16,510 bases of DNA from Chitinophagaceae bacterium (GTDB taxonomy: Bacteria; Bacteroidota; Bacteroidia; Chitinophagales; Chitinophagaceae). The position numbers and the translations under genes were made by a program. The stretch covers positions 1-16,510 of the forward strand of contig SDZZ01000146.1 of assembly GCA_004173255.1 (NCBI GenBank), written 5' to 3'. Positions 1 to 7,131 of this stretch are shown here, one piece after another (position 1 is the stretch's first letter; the number at the start of each line of letters is the position of its first letter). Under the pieces are notes generated by a model. It searched no databases, was not told where the DNA came from, and saw only the letters and a program-made list of their open reading frames with translations.

Positions 1-697
1 CTTTGTGTTTGTAAAGGTCAGCGCCTTTGAGATGGGTGTATACCGGATAGGAAAAACGTCGTTTCAGGTATTCGTCCGGTTCCACTTCATGGATTCCCAT
101 CAGGTTCATTATTTCAAGTATGCCATGTCCCACCCTTCCGGATCCGGTGACTGCAATTTTTACATTGGGCAAACGAATACCGAAATAAGTATGGATCAGT
201 TCACGAAAACTTTTCTCTTTATAAACACGCCCGAGCTTATACAGCCCGGTCCGTTCCCCGTAGGCCATAATGCCATTATGCGCACCCACTACCCCGGCAA
301 AAAAACCAAATCCGATGATCCGCTGGCCATCTTCATGTTCCAGGCATTCATAATCGATCAGCCTGATTTTACGGTCGAGGATGGTTCGCAGTAAACGCTG
401 GTTATGCGGCTGTTCTTTCCTGGTGTGTGAAAAGAAAAGATAGGTTTTTCCCGGAACCAGTTCTTCGGGGGGCACTTCCTTAATGCCCATCAGGATATCG
501 CAATTGGCCAGGTCCTGCACCACTTCCACGCCGGCAGATACATACTCGCGGTCGGTAAAACAGCGGTCGGGCGATGACTGCGCAACAACGGTAACGTCAG
601 TGGAATTCTTATGGATCCATTTACATTGTGCAGGCGTCAGTGCCACCCTGTTGTCTGCCGGTATCTTGCCTTCCCTGATTAATCCGATCCTGGTCAT
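1..697 (-). CDS. Alanine dehydrogenase/PNT-domain (saccharopine dehydrogenase-like) protein, 3' end outside window
   Basis: Manual reverse-complement translation from ATG (complement of 695-697) runs stop-free to position 1. N-terminus MTRIGLIREGKIPADNRVALTPAQ, ...KTYLFFSHT... and a Rossmann motif VTGSGRVGHG are typical of the AlaDH/PNT / LKR-saccharopine dehydrogenase family. The ORF track missed it because there is no stop codon inside the window. Confidence 0.6.
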   Translation of the reverse strand, partial: MTRIGLIREGKIPADNRVALTPAQCKWIHKNSTDVTVVAQSSPDRCFTDREYVSAGVEVVQDLANCDILMGIKEVPPEELVPGKTYLFFSHTRKEQPHNQRLLRTILDRKIRLIDYECLEHEDGQRIIGFGFFAGVVGAHNGIMAYGERTGLYKLGRVYKEKSFRELIHTYFGIRLPNVKIAVTGSGRVGHGILEIMNLMGIHEVEPDEYLKRRFSYPVYTHLKGADLYKHK

Positions 698-758
698 TCC
701 GTACTTTTTTATCCCCGGCAGTTTACCTGCCGGGGATGGTAAAGTTAACCGGAATCAA

Positions 759-1193
759 CTACACCGGCTGCATGCCGGTACTGATGGCGATACGGTTCCA
801 CGCATTGATGATCACAATGGCCATGATAATTTCCGCAGTGCCTTTCTCGCCAAAGTGCGCGACTGCCGCCTTAAAGGTTTCATCCTTTACATGACCCTGG
901 ATCAGGGTTACTTCTTCGGTCAGTGCCAGCAAAGCCCGTTCGCGGTCGGAAAAGAAACCCGTGTCCCGCCATGCATTCAGCGTATAAATCCGTTGTTCGG
1001 TTTCCCCTTTTTTCCGGGCATCTTTTGTATGCATATCGATACAGAATGCGCAGCCATTTACCTGCGATGCCCGGATTTTGACCAGTTCGGTTTCAATAGG
1101 GTTCAGCGAGGTTCCGGTTGTAAGTTTTGACAATTCCATCATTGCCGACCATGCGGCCGGATGAACTGCTGGTAAGGTGAATCTTTTTTCCAT
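759..1193 (-). CDS. Carboxymuconolactone decarboxylase (CMD)/AhpD-like family protein
   Basis: 144-aa ORF with the CxxC...H motif (GCAFCIDMH) characteristic of the AhpD/alkylhydroperoxidase core domain. The overlapping + strand ORF 483..1130 has no protein-like composition. Confidence 0.8.
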   Translation of the reverse strand: MEKRFTLPAVHPAAWSAMMELSKLTTGTSLNPIETELVKIRASQVNGCAFCIDMHTKDARKKGETEQRIYTLNAWRDTGFFSDRERALLALTEEVTLIQGHVKDETFKAAVAHFGEKGTAEIIMAIVIINAWNRIAISTGMQPV

Positions 1194-1198
1194 GATTT

Positions 1199-1214
1199 TG
1201 TGTTTTGTTACACA
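1199..1214. promoter_or_regulatory. Candidate Crp/Fnr-type operator TGTGT-N6-ACACA
   Basis: Perfect 5-bp inverted arms TGTGT/ACACA with a 6-bp spacer (TGTGTTTTGTTACACA). It lies 5 bp upstream of the CMD-family start and just downstream of the Crp-family gene. This resembles the CRP consensus TGTGA-N6-TCACA. Confidence 0.3.
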
Positions 1215-1253
1215 AATCTCGGTCGCGGGAGAGGGGGCTCAACTTAATCCAGT

Positions 1254-1856
1254 TTAAGAAATCTTCGGCTTGCCGCCGGGAGTACTTCCCTTTTTACCCC
1301 TGATCTTGCTCAGGAATTCGGGGGTCATGCCAAGGAAGGAAGCAAGCATGTATTGCGGTACGCTATGGGCAAACTCCGGATACAGCCGCACAAACTGCAG
1401 GTACATTTCTTCCCTTGAGCCGGTCAGGAAATAACTGACCCGCTTGATACCCGCCGCGTAGCCGCGCTGCATCAGCAGGCGGAAGTAGCGTTCAAACATG
1501 GGGATGCGGTCGAACAACTCGTTGCGCGTGCGAAGATCAAGCACCAGTACTTCCGCGTCATCCACTGCATCGATATAATAACCGGATACCGTTCCGTTTT
1601 CGAGGCTTTGGTAGTCGCAGATCCACCAATCGGCCAGCCCGAACTGCAGGATTTGTTCCGCCCCGTTGCTTTTCATGGAATATAACCGCAGCGAACCCGA
1701 AACAACAAAATAAAGCGAGGTGCAAACCTGTGAAGGCTTCAGCAAGATCTTCCTTTTGGGGATTGCCCGGTATTCCATGGATGCGGCCAGCAGCTGTTGC
1801 TCCCCGTGGGTGAGGTCAACAAACCTGGAGATATGCGCCAGCAGTTTCTCGTGCAT
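1254..1856 (-). CDS. Crp/Fnr family transcriptional regulator
   Basis: 200 aa. N-terminal cNMP-binding beta-roll-like segment (FVVSGSLRLY...GAEQILQF...GLADWW). C-terminal HTH (PQYMLASFLGMTPEFLSKIRGK) typical of the Crp/Fnr family. Confidence 0.8.
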   Translation of the reverse strand: MHEKLLAHISRFVDLTHGEQQLLAASMEYRAIPKRKILLKPSQVCTSLYFVVSGSLRLYSMKSNGAEQILQFGLADWWICDYQSLENGTVSGYYIDAVDDAEVLVLDLRTRNELFDRIPMFERYFRLLMQRGYAAGIKRVSYFLTGSREEMYLQFVRLYPEFAHSVPQYMLASFLGMTPEFLSKIRGKKGSTPGGKPKIS

Positions 1857-2127
1857 AATGGAGCAGATGGGGTAATTTCGCGGAAGGGCTTGTCCACCCG
1901 CGATTTGAAGGAAACGGGATAAAGTTAAAATAAATCCACCTCAAACAATAGGCTGGCTGCCTTGTTGAATTCGTATAATAATTTCCCCGGTATGGAAGTA
2001 GTGAAAAAGATCCTGAAGGTGTTCAGGAAAATATTTCTCCCGAAGAAAAGCTGTTGCCGCTAAAAAGCTGTAATATTGCCACCCCATTTCCCGTATCGCA
2101 AAAGGCTTGCGTACGGCGATGTAAAAG

Positions 2128-2209
2128 GCCCAGGTGGCGGAATTGGTAGACGCAGCAGACTCAAAATCTGCCGCCGCAAGGTGTATCGGTTCGATTCCGA
2201 TCCTGGGCA
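2128..2209 (+). tRNA. tRNA-Leu(CAA): tRNA-Leu (anticodon CAA), type II with long variable arm
   Basis: Acceptor stem GCCCAGG/CCTGGGC. Three-bp D-stem with AATTGGTAGA loop. Anticodon stem GCAGA/TCTGC with loop CTCAAAA (anticodon CAA). Long variable arm CGCCGCAAGGTGT. T-arm ATCGG-TTCGATT-CCGAT, discriminator A. CCA is not encoded. The minus-strand ORF 1941..2210 overlaps it and is spurious. Confidence 0.9.
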
Positions 2210-2261
2210 CTGAATGGACAAGTTGAAATCATTTCGGCTTGTCCATTTTTCGTTTCAGCCC

Positions 2262-2942
2262 TCACCCCTTCTCATGCGCGTACACCGCAAACAGCTTCCA
2301 GAAGTGTCCCGGCTTTGCAAAATCAAACCGGTGTTTCTTGAAATTATTCAGCACCAGGTCGATTGTTGTCCCACTCAGGTGAAACTGCCCGATCATAATC
2401 TCGGATCCGGCCACATACAACCCGGTCTTTCCATCGCACAGGTGCACATTCTCCCGGGTTAATTCTTCAAACACCAGCACGTCGTTCATGCGGTAATCCG
2501 GGAGCGCCTGATGATGGGCTATATTGCTGTTAAATGAGACGGCAACCAGTTTGTTGTTGCTGGTCTCCGGTAAAACAAGCTTCGGAAATTCAGCCGCACT
2601 ATCAAACGCCAGTTCATTCCTCACCCCCCTCATGTAAACCGTATCACTGATAAAAGGAACGTCCCGCATCTGAAGGTTGATAATCCGGCCTTCGTCTTCC
2701 AGCAACTTGTCACCATTGTATTGCAGGATCTCGTTTACGGACAATACCTCCTGTACAAATTTGCTTAGCGGTATGCAAAAATAATTGGCAATTTTGATTG
2801 CGGTCTCCAGTTTGGGCTCCGCACGGTTCTCCTCGTACGAAGAAATATTTCCACGGGTGAGCTCAAATAAATCGGCAAAAGCTTGCTGACTGAGGTTCTT
2901 AGCCGTCCTGATTTTTTTTATATTGGTACCCGTCTTCAGCAT
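2262..2942 (-). CDS. XRE-family (Cro/CI-type HTH) transcriptional regulator with an uncharacterised C-terminal domain
   Basis: 226 aa. N-terminus IKKIRTAKNLSQQAFADLFELTRGNISSYENRAEPKLETAIKIANYF is a classic HTH_XRE. The C-terminal ~130 aa lack the GDSM Ser/Lys dyad of LexA/S24 peptidases, so peptidase activity is not supported. It is transcribed divergently from the pspA operon. Confidence 0.75.
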   Translation of the reverse strand: MLKTGTNIKKIRTAKNLSQQAFADLFELTRGNISSYEENRAEPKLETAIKIANYFCIPLSKFVQEVLSVNEILQYNGDKLLEDEGRIINLQMRDVPFISDTVYMRGVRNELAFDSAAEFPKLVLPETSNNKLVAVSFNSNIAHHQALPDYRMNDVLVFEELTRENVHLCDGKTGLYVAGSEIMIGQFHLSGTTIDLVLNNFKKHRFDFAKPGHFWKLFAVYAHEKG

Positions 2943-3065
2943 GGTGAAATATCGTTTGCAAATATTTTTATCCTAATGCAAATATTATTTGCAAATATAA
3001 GTGAAGTTCTCTAGATTTGTTCTACAAAATTTAACCATCGATGGATTTTATGTCCACCATACAGG
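2943..3065. promoter_or_regulatory. Divergent promoter region with three TTTGCAAA-core palindromic operator-like sites
   Basis: TTTGCAAA at 2955-2962, half-site ATGCAAATAT at 2976-2985, and a perfect 12-bp palindrome TATTTGCAAATA at 2986-2997. All lie within an AT-rich intergenic region between the XRE regulator start (2942, minus) and the small ORF/pspA operon (3066, plus). Confidence 0.45.
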
Positions 3066-3266
3066 ATGTTTAAACAGCTGCTGCAGAAAAACCGGGATAT
3101 GATCCATGGTGCCTTTGTGATCAATGAAGAAGGCAACAAGGTCCTGTTCCGGTACACGATGCAGCTGGAAAATATCAATTTCAATGAATTTGAAGGCGCC
3201 ATCAATTCATTGGGTTTGCTGCTGAGCGAGTATTACCAACAAATTATTAATTTTTCAAAATTGTAG
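3066..3266 (+). CDS. Small hypothetical protein (66 aa), probably the first gene of the pspA operon
   Basis: The ORF ends at TAG 3264-3266, 4 bp before the pspA ATG. It is on the same strand and sits right after the operator-bearing promoter. I recognise no family. It overlaps an antisense ORF 3011..3205 that is less plausible. Confidence 0.4.
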   Translation: MFKQLLQKNRDMIHGAFVINEEGNKVLFRYTMQLENINFNEFEGAINSLGLLLSEYYQQIINFSKL

Positions 3267-3270
3267 TATT

Positions 3271-3969
3271 ATGAATCTGTTTAAAAGAATCTTCAGGATC
3301 GGACAGGCTGAAATCCATGCTGCTGTTGAAAAAATGGAAGATCCGGTAAAAATGACCGAGCAGGGGCTGCGCGAACTGAGGGAAGACCTGGCACAGGCGA
3401 CCGAAGCCTATGCCCGCGTGAAGGCCCTGGCCATCCGGACCGAAAATGAAAAAGAAGTTTGCCAGAAAGAGTCGCTGAACTACGCCGAAAAAGCTATATT
3501 GATCATGCAAAAAGCACAGCATGGCGAAGTGGAAATCGTGAAAGCCGAACAACTGGCCCGTGAAGCACTCTCACTGCGCCGGCAATACTACACGGACTCC
3601 GAAAATCTTGCCGTGCAGGTAGTTGCTCACCAGCAAAGCTCCCAGGAAATGCTGAATAATATCGGCATCCTAAAAGAGAACCTGGCGAAATGGGAAAAAG
3701 AACTGAAAACACTGAAGGCACGGGTGAAAGTGAGCAAGGCCACGCAGCAGGTAAACAAACAACTGGCCCAGCTGGATACGAACGGCACCATTGCCATGCT
3801 GGAACGGATGAAAGAAAAAGTGGAAGACCAGGAAGCCCTGTCGAAAGCCTATGGTGAAATAGCAAGGGATAAACACACCATGAAGGACGAACTGGACAAG
3901 ATCCTGAAAGATGATACCACGTCGATAGAAAAAGACCTGGCTGCGATAAAGACCAAGCTTGGGATGTAG
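3271..3969 (+). CDS. pspA: PspA/IM30 family protein (phage-shock protein A / Vipp1 / LiaH; bacterial ESCRT-III superfamily)
   Basis: 232 aa. The N-terminus MNLFKRIFRIGQAEIHAAVEKMEDPVKMTEQGLRELREDL matches the PspA signature (F-R-x-x-I-x-A-x-x-x-K-x-EDP-x-K-M...). The rest is long heptad-rich helical sequence of typical PspA length. Confidence 0.85.
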   Translation: MNLFKRIFRIGQAEIHAAVEKMEDPVKMTEQGLRELREDLAQATEAYARVKALAIRTENEKEVCQKESLNYAEKAILIMQKAQHGEVEIVKAEQLAREALSLRRQYYTDSENLAVQVVAHQQSSQEMLNNIGILKENLAKWEKELKTLKARVKVSKATQQVNKQLAQLDTNGTIAMLERMKEKVEDQEALSKAYGEIARDKHTMKDELDKILKDDTTSIEKDLAAIKTKLGM

Positions 3970-4003
3970 GGTTGTCGATACCGAAGTGGACATGACCATA
4001 ATA

Positions 4004-4192
4004 TCCCTCCGGGATGACAAAAGCTTGTGAGGTCCCTCCGGGATGACAAACCTCGGGATGTCCCTCCGGAATGACAAAAGCTTGGGAGGTCCCTCCGGGA
4101 TGACAAAAGCTTCAAAGGTCCCTCCGGGATGACAAACCTCGGGATGTCCCTCCGGAATGACAAAAGCTTGTGAGGTCCCTCCGGGATGACAA
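4004..4192. repeat. Tandem repeat array 1: 7 units of about 29 bp (consensus GTCCCTCCGG[G/A]ATGACAAA plus about 10 variable nt)
   Basis: Units begin at about 4004, 4033, 4061, 4090, 4119, 4148 and 4175. The conserved 19-nt core is followed by short variable segments (AGCTTGTGAG, CCTCGGGAT, AGCTTGGGAG, AGCTTCAAAG), several used more than once. A higher-order duplication of about 86 bp is visible. The array lies between the pspA stop (3969) and the nfeD start (4254). Confidence 0.9.
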
Positions 4193-4253
4193 GTCCCATC
4201 GGGGTTACAAACGCGCTGTGAAAGACGAACCGAACACGAACCAAACAACCAAC

Positions 4254-4934
4254 ATGCTCTCCACCTTATCCGAACTACTGTTCCATCCGCTATCCAACGC
4301 TATCATGACTATCCTGTCAGGCATTACGGCGTTGTACTGGATTTTCTCCTTCCTGGCAGGCGACTTCCTGGGTGATATGGATTTTGCACCCGAGGTGGAT
4401 GGCGGAATTGGCGTGGATACAGATGCTGATATCGATGCAGGGGAAGCGGGGGGTGAACAATCATTCTTTTCGAAAGCGCTGGAGTTTGTCAACGTGGGCA
4501 AAGTGCCGTTCATGATCGTATACAGCGTGTTTAAATTCATAGCATGGATCATTACACTGCTTAGTTCGGTCGTTTTTAAAATCGCAGACTGGGGCTGGAA
4601 GTCCGCGTTGATCCTGATCCCCGTCTTTATCATCGCATTCCTCATTACCAGGTATGCAACAAAACCATTAGTGAAGATGTACAATGCCATGGGCTATAAC
4701 GGCGAAGAAGCACACGACCTCATTGGCCGGATCGCCAGGATGCGCTCAGCCGTAACCGGCGACAAGATCGGTGCGGCAGAACTGGTGATCAATAACGATG
4801 TGATCCGCATCAATGTCAAAAGCAAATCGGGCGACCCTATCAACTACAACTCCGAAGTCATGATCGCTGACGAATCGACCGATAAACGATACTATTACGT
4901 AGTACCCGAAATAACATTAAACAATATCCTTTAA
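4254..4934 (+). CDS. NfeD/YqiJ-like membrane protein (partner of SPFH/flotillin proteins)
   Basis: About 226 aa from ATG 4254 (the track ORF begins at 4170, inside the repeat). It has hydrophobic TM segments (ILSGITALYWIFSFLAG; FMIVYSVFKFIAWIITLLSSVVF; ALILIPVFIIAFLI) and a C-terminal soluble beta-rich region (VTGDKIGAAELVINNDVIRINVKS...) consistent with an NfeD-type OB-fold. It sits immediately upstream of a flotillin gene, as in yqiJ-yqiK and nfeD-floT pairs. Confidence 0.7.
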   Translation: MLSTLSELLFHPLSNAIMTILSGITALYWIFSFLAGDFLGDMDFAPEVDGGIGVDTDADIDAGEAGGEQSFFSKALEFVNVGKVPFMIVYSVFKFIAWIITLLSSVVFKIADWGWKSALILIPVFIIAFLITRYATKPLVKMYNAMGYNGEEAHDLIGRIARMRSAVTGDKIGAAELVINNDVIRINVKSKSGDPINYNSEVMIADESTDKRYYYVVPEITLNNIL

Positions 4935-5016
4935 TAAAAGGGGGATTAACACTCCCGCCTGCCACCGGAACATTCATTCATCAAAACTGATTACTTAACC
5001 ATCAACCTACCTTACC

Positions 5017-7050
5017 ATGTTTGACGCACTAGGCGGAATTACCCTCGTTATTATCGGAAGCGTCGCCTTCCTTGTTTTCATCATCCTCGCTGCATTCGCC
5101 AGCTTCTATAAAAAAATCCCACAGGGAAAGGCAATTGTACGAACCGGTGTGGGCGGCGGTAAAGTCGCTTTCAACCAGGGTATGTATGTGATCCCCATCC
5201 TGCATAAAATGGAGATCATGGACATCTCCGTCAAAAAACTGCAGATCGACCGGATGGAAGGTGAAGGACTGATCTGTAAAGACAATATCCGGGCAGACAT
5301 TAAGGTAGCCTTCTTCGTCCGCGTCAATAAAAGTGTTGAAGACGTCCTGAACGTAGCACAGATCATCGGCACGGAACGAGCCAGCGACACGGAAACACTC
5401 ACCAACCTGTTCGAAGCCAAATTTTCGGAAGCACTGAAAACCGTGGGTAAAAAATTTGACTTCATTTCCCTGTATGAAGCACGCCGGGAATTCAGGAATG
5501 AAATCCTTGATATCATCGGGACCGACCTGAACGGCTACATCCTGGATGATTGTGCCATCGACTACCTGGAACAAACCGAAATGAAATTCCTGAGTCCGGG
5601 TAATATCCTCGATTCGGAAGGCATCCGCAAAATCACCGAACTGACTGCGGCGCAGAATATCAACGCCAACCTGATCCGCCGGGAAGAAGAAAAAGTGATC
5701 AAGAAACAAAACGTGGAAGCACGCGAAGCGATTCTTGAACTGGACCGCCAGCTGGCCGAAAAAGAAGAGAAACAAAAACGCGAGATCGATAACGTTAAGT
5801 CACGCGAGTACGCCGAAACGCTCAAGGTACGGGAAGAAGAACGACTGAAATCGGAAACCGTCCGCATCAAGACTGATGAGAGCCTTGCTGTACAGGAAGA
5901 AAATAAACTACGCCAGGTGATCATCGCTGCAAAAAACAAGGAACGTACCAATGCAGTGGAAACGGAACGTGTGGAAAAAGACCGCGCACTCGAAGCGAAC
6001 GAGCGGGAAAAGATTGTTACCCTGGCACAGATTGAAAAGGAACGCAATATCGAGGTGGAAAAGAAAAATATCCAGGATGTGATCCGCGAAAGGGTTAAAC
6101 TGGAAAAAGGGGTAGCAGAAGAACAGCAAAACATGAAGGACATCGAATCTTTCCGTACCGTAGAGCGTGCGAAAACAGTGGGCATCACCGACGCAAGCAG
6201 GCTGGCCGAAGAAAAACTGATCTACACCGTGAAAGCCGCAGAAGCGGATAAAAAAGCAGCGGGTGAAAAAGCACAACAGATGATCATCGATGCAGAAGCG
6301 AAAAAAGAAGCTTCTGTAAAAGAAGCAGAAGCACGTAAGATACTGGCTGACGCTATGGCGCGCGAAGAAGCCACACTTGGCTTATCTGAAGCAGAAGTAA
6401 TGATTGCCAAAGCCGAAGCGCTCGAACGCCAGGGTATGGTCGATGCAGGCGTAGTAGAAAAAATGGCTGAAGCAAGACGAAAAGAAGGACTCGCCGAAGC
6501 GGAAATAACCCGCGAAAAAGCATTCGCCGAAGCCGCAGGTATATCCGAAAAAGCGGAAGCCATGAAAAAAATGGATGGCGTGGGTAAGGAACACGAAGAA
6601 TTCAAACTGGTACTGCAAAAGGACAAGGAAATTGCACTGGCACATATCAGTATCAACAAGGATATTGCTGTTGCGCAGGCCGACGTACTGGGCACCGCAC
6701 TTAAGACCGCGAAGATCGACATCGTGGGTGGCGAAACCATGTTCTTTCAGAACATCGTGAACCAGATCTCCAACGCCAAAGGGTTCGACCGATTGATCAA
6801 TGAAAGTGAAAATGCAACCGCAATAAAAAATGCCCTGCTGGGCGATAGCGAAGGTGGCAACCCGCTGGAACGCATCCGGAATTTTGCAGAGAAATACAAG
6901 ATCTCTTCAAATGATTTAAAGAACCTGACCATCTCGGGCCTGATCCTGAAGATGCAGTCCAACAGCTCCGATGACGACCGCAATTCGCTGCTCGACCTGA
7001 GCCGGATCGCCAATAGCCTCGGCCTGGCAAACAAGAAGCTGAACGCCTAA
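5017..7050 (+). CDS. Flotillin-like SPFH/band-7 family protein (YqiK/FloT-like)
   Basis: 677 aa. N-terminal TM helix (ITLVIIGSVAFLVFIILAAFA), an SPFH domain (GKAIVRTGVGGGKVAFNQGMYVIPILHKMEIMDISVKKLQI...), then a very long Glu/Ala/Lys-rich coiled-coil flotillin domain (EAEAKKEASVKEAEARKILADAMAREEA...). The antisense ORFs in this span (5562..6188, 6222..6740) are low-complexity artefacts. Confidence 0.9.
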   Translation: MFDALGGITLVIIGSVAFLVFIILAAFASFYKKIPQGKAIVRTGVGGGKVAFNQGMYVIPILHKMEIMDISVKKLQIDRMEGEGLICKDNIRADIKVAFFVRVNKSVEDVLNVAQIIGTERASDTETLTNLFEAKFSEALKTVGKKFDFISLYEARREFRNEILDIIGTDLNGYILDDCAIDYLEQTEMKFLSPGNILDSEGIRKITELTAAQNINANLIRREEEKVIKKQNVEAREAILELDRQLAEKEEKQKREIDNVKSREYAETLKVREEERLKSETVRIKTDESLAVQEENKLRQVIIAAKNKERTNAVETERVEKDRALEANEREKIVTLAQIEKERNIEVEKKNIQDVIRERVKLEKGVAEEQQNMKDIESFRTVERAKTVGITDASRLAEEKLIYTVKAAEADKKAAGEKAQQMIIDAEAKKEASVKEAEARKILADAMAREEATLGLSEAEVMIAKAEALERQGMVDAGVVEKMAEARRKEGLAEAEITREKAFAEAAGISEKAEAMKKMDGVGKEHEEFKLVLQKDKEIALAHISINKDIAVAQADVLGTALKTAKIDIVGGETMFFQNIVNQISNAKGFDRLINESENATAIKNALLGDSEGGNPLERIRNFAEKYKISSNDLKNLTISGLILKMQSNSSDDDRNSLLDLSRIANSLGLANKKLNA

Positions 7051-7067
7051 TACTCCCGGTAAAACGG

Positions 7068-7101
7068 ACAGTAACCGCACCCGCATGGATGCGGTTACTG
7101 T
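7068..7101 (+). terminator. Stem-loop (12-bp perfect stem, 10-nt loop) between flotillin and the giant ATPase gene
   Basis: ACAGTAACCGCA (7068-7079), loop CCCGCATGGA, TGCGGTTACTGT (7090-7101). It begins 18 nt after the flotillin stop and has no clear U-tract. It could be an intrinsic terminator/attenuator or an RNA-processing or stability element. Confidence 0.4.
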
Positions 7102-7131
7102 TACTTACTGACCATACCCCGCGTGATCATC

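Noticed and set aside
483-1130. 215-aa + strand ORF
   Set aside because: It runs antisense to two well-supported minus-strand genes (AlaDH/PNT-like and CMD-family). It has Cys/Thr/Ser-rich non-protein-like composition.
1941-2210. 89-aa ORF on the minus strand
   Set aside because: It completely overlaps a canonical tRNA-Leu(CAA) gene (2128-2209). It has no RBS or family resemblance and is spurious.
4004-4192. Possible CRISPR array (regular about 29-bp periodicity with variable segments)
   Set aside because: The constant part is only about 19 nt and the variable parts are about 10 nt and are re-used between units. There is no leader, no cas gene and a higher-order duplication. The pattern fits a degenerate tandem repeat and does not fit repeat plus unique spacers.
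3670-4248. Minus-strand ORFs 3670..4248, 3849..4244 and 3503..3865
   Set aside because: They lie antisense to pspA and across repeat array 1. Their translations are repetitive (VIPEGPHKLLSFRRD...) or Pro/Ser/Cys-rich low-complexity. The PspA reading on the + strand is strongly supported instead.
5029-6740. Several long minus-strand ORFs inside the flotillin gene (5029..5775, 5562..6188, 6222..6740, 6382..6645)
   Set aside because: They are antisense images of the Glu/Ala/Lys-rich flotillin coiled coil (Ser/Phe/Cys/Ala-rich low complexity). The flotillin reading frame has clear SPFH and flotillin-domain signatures.
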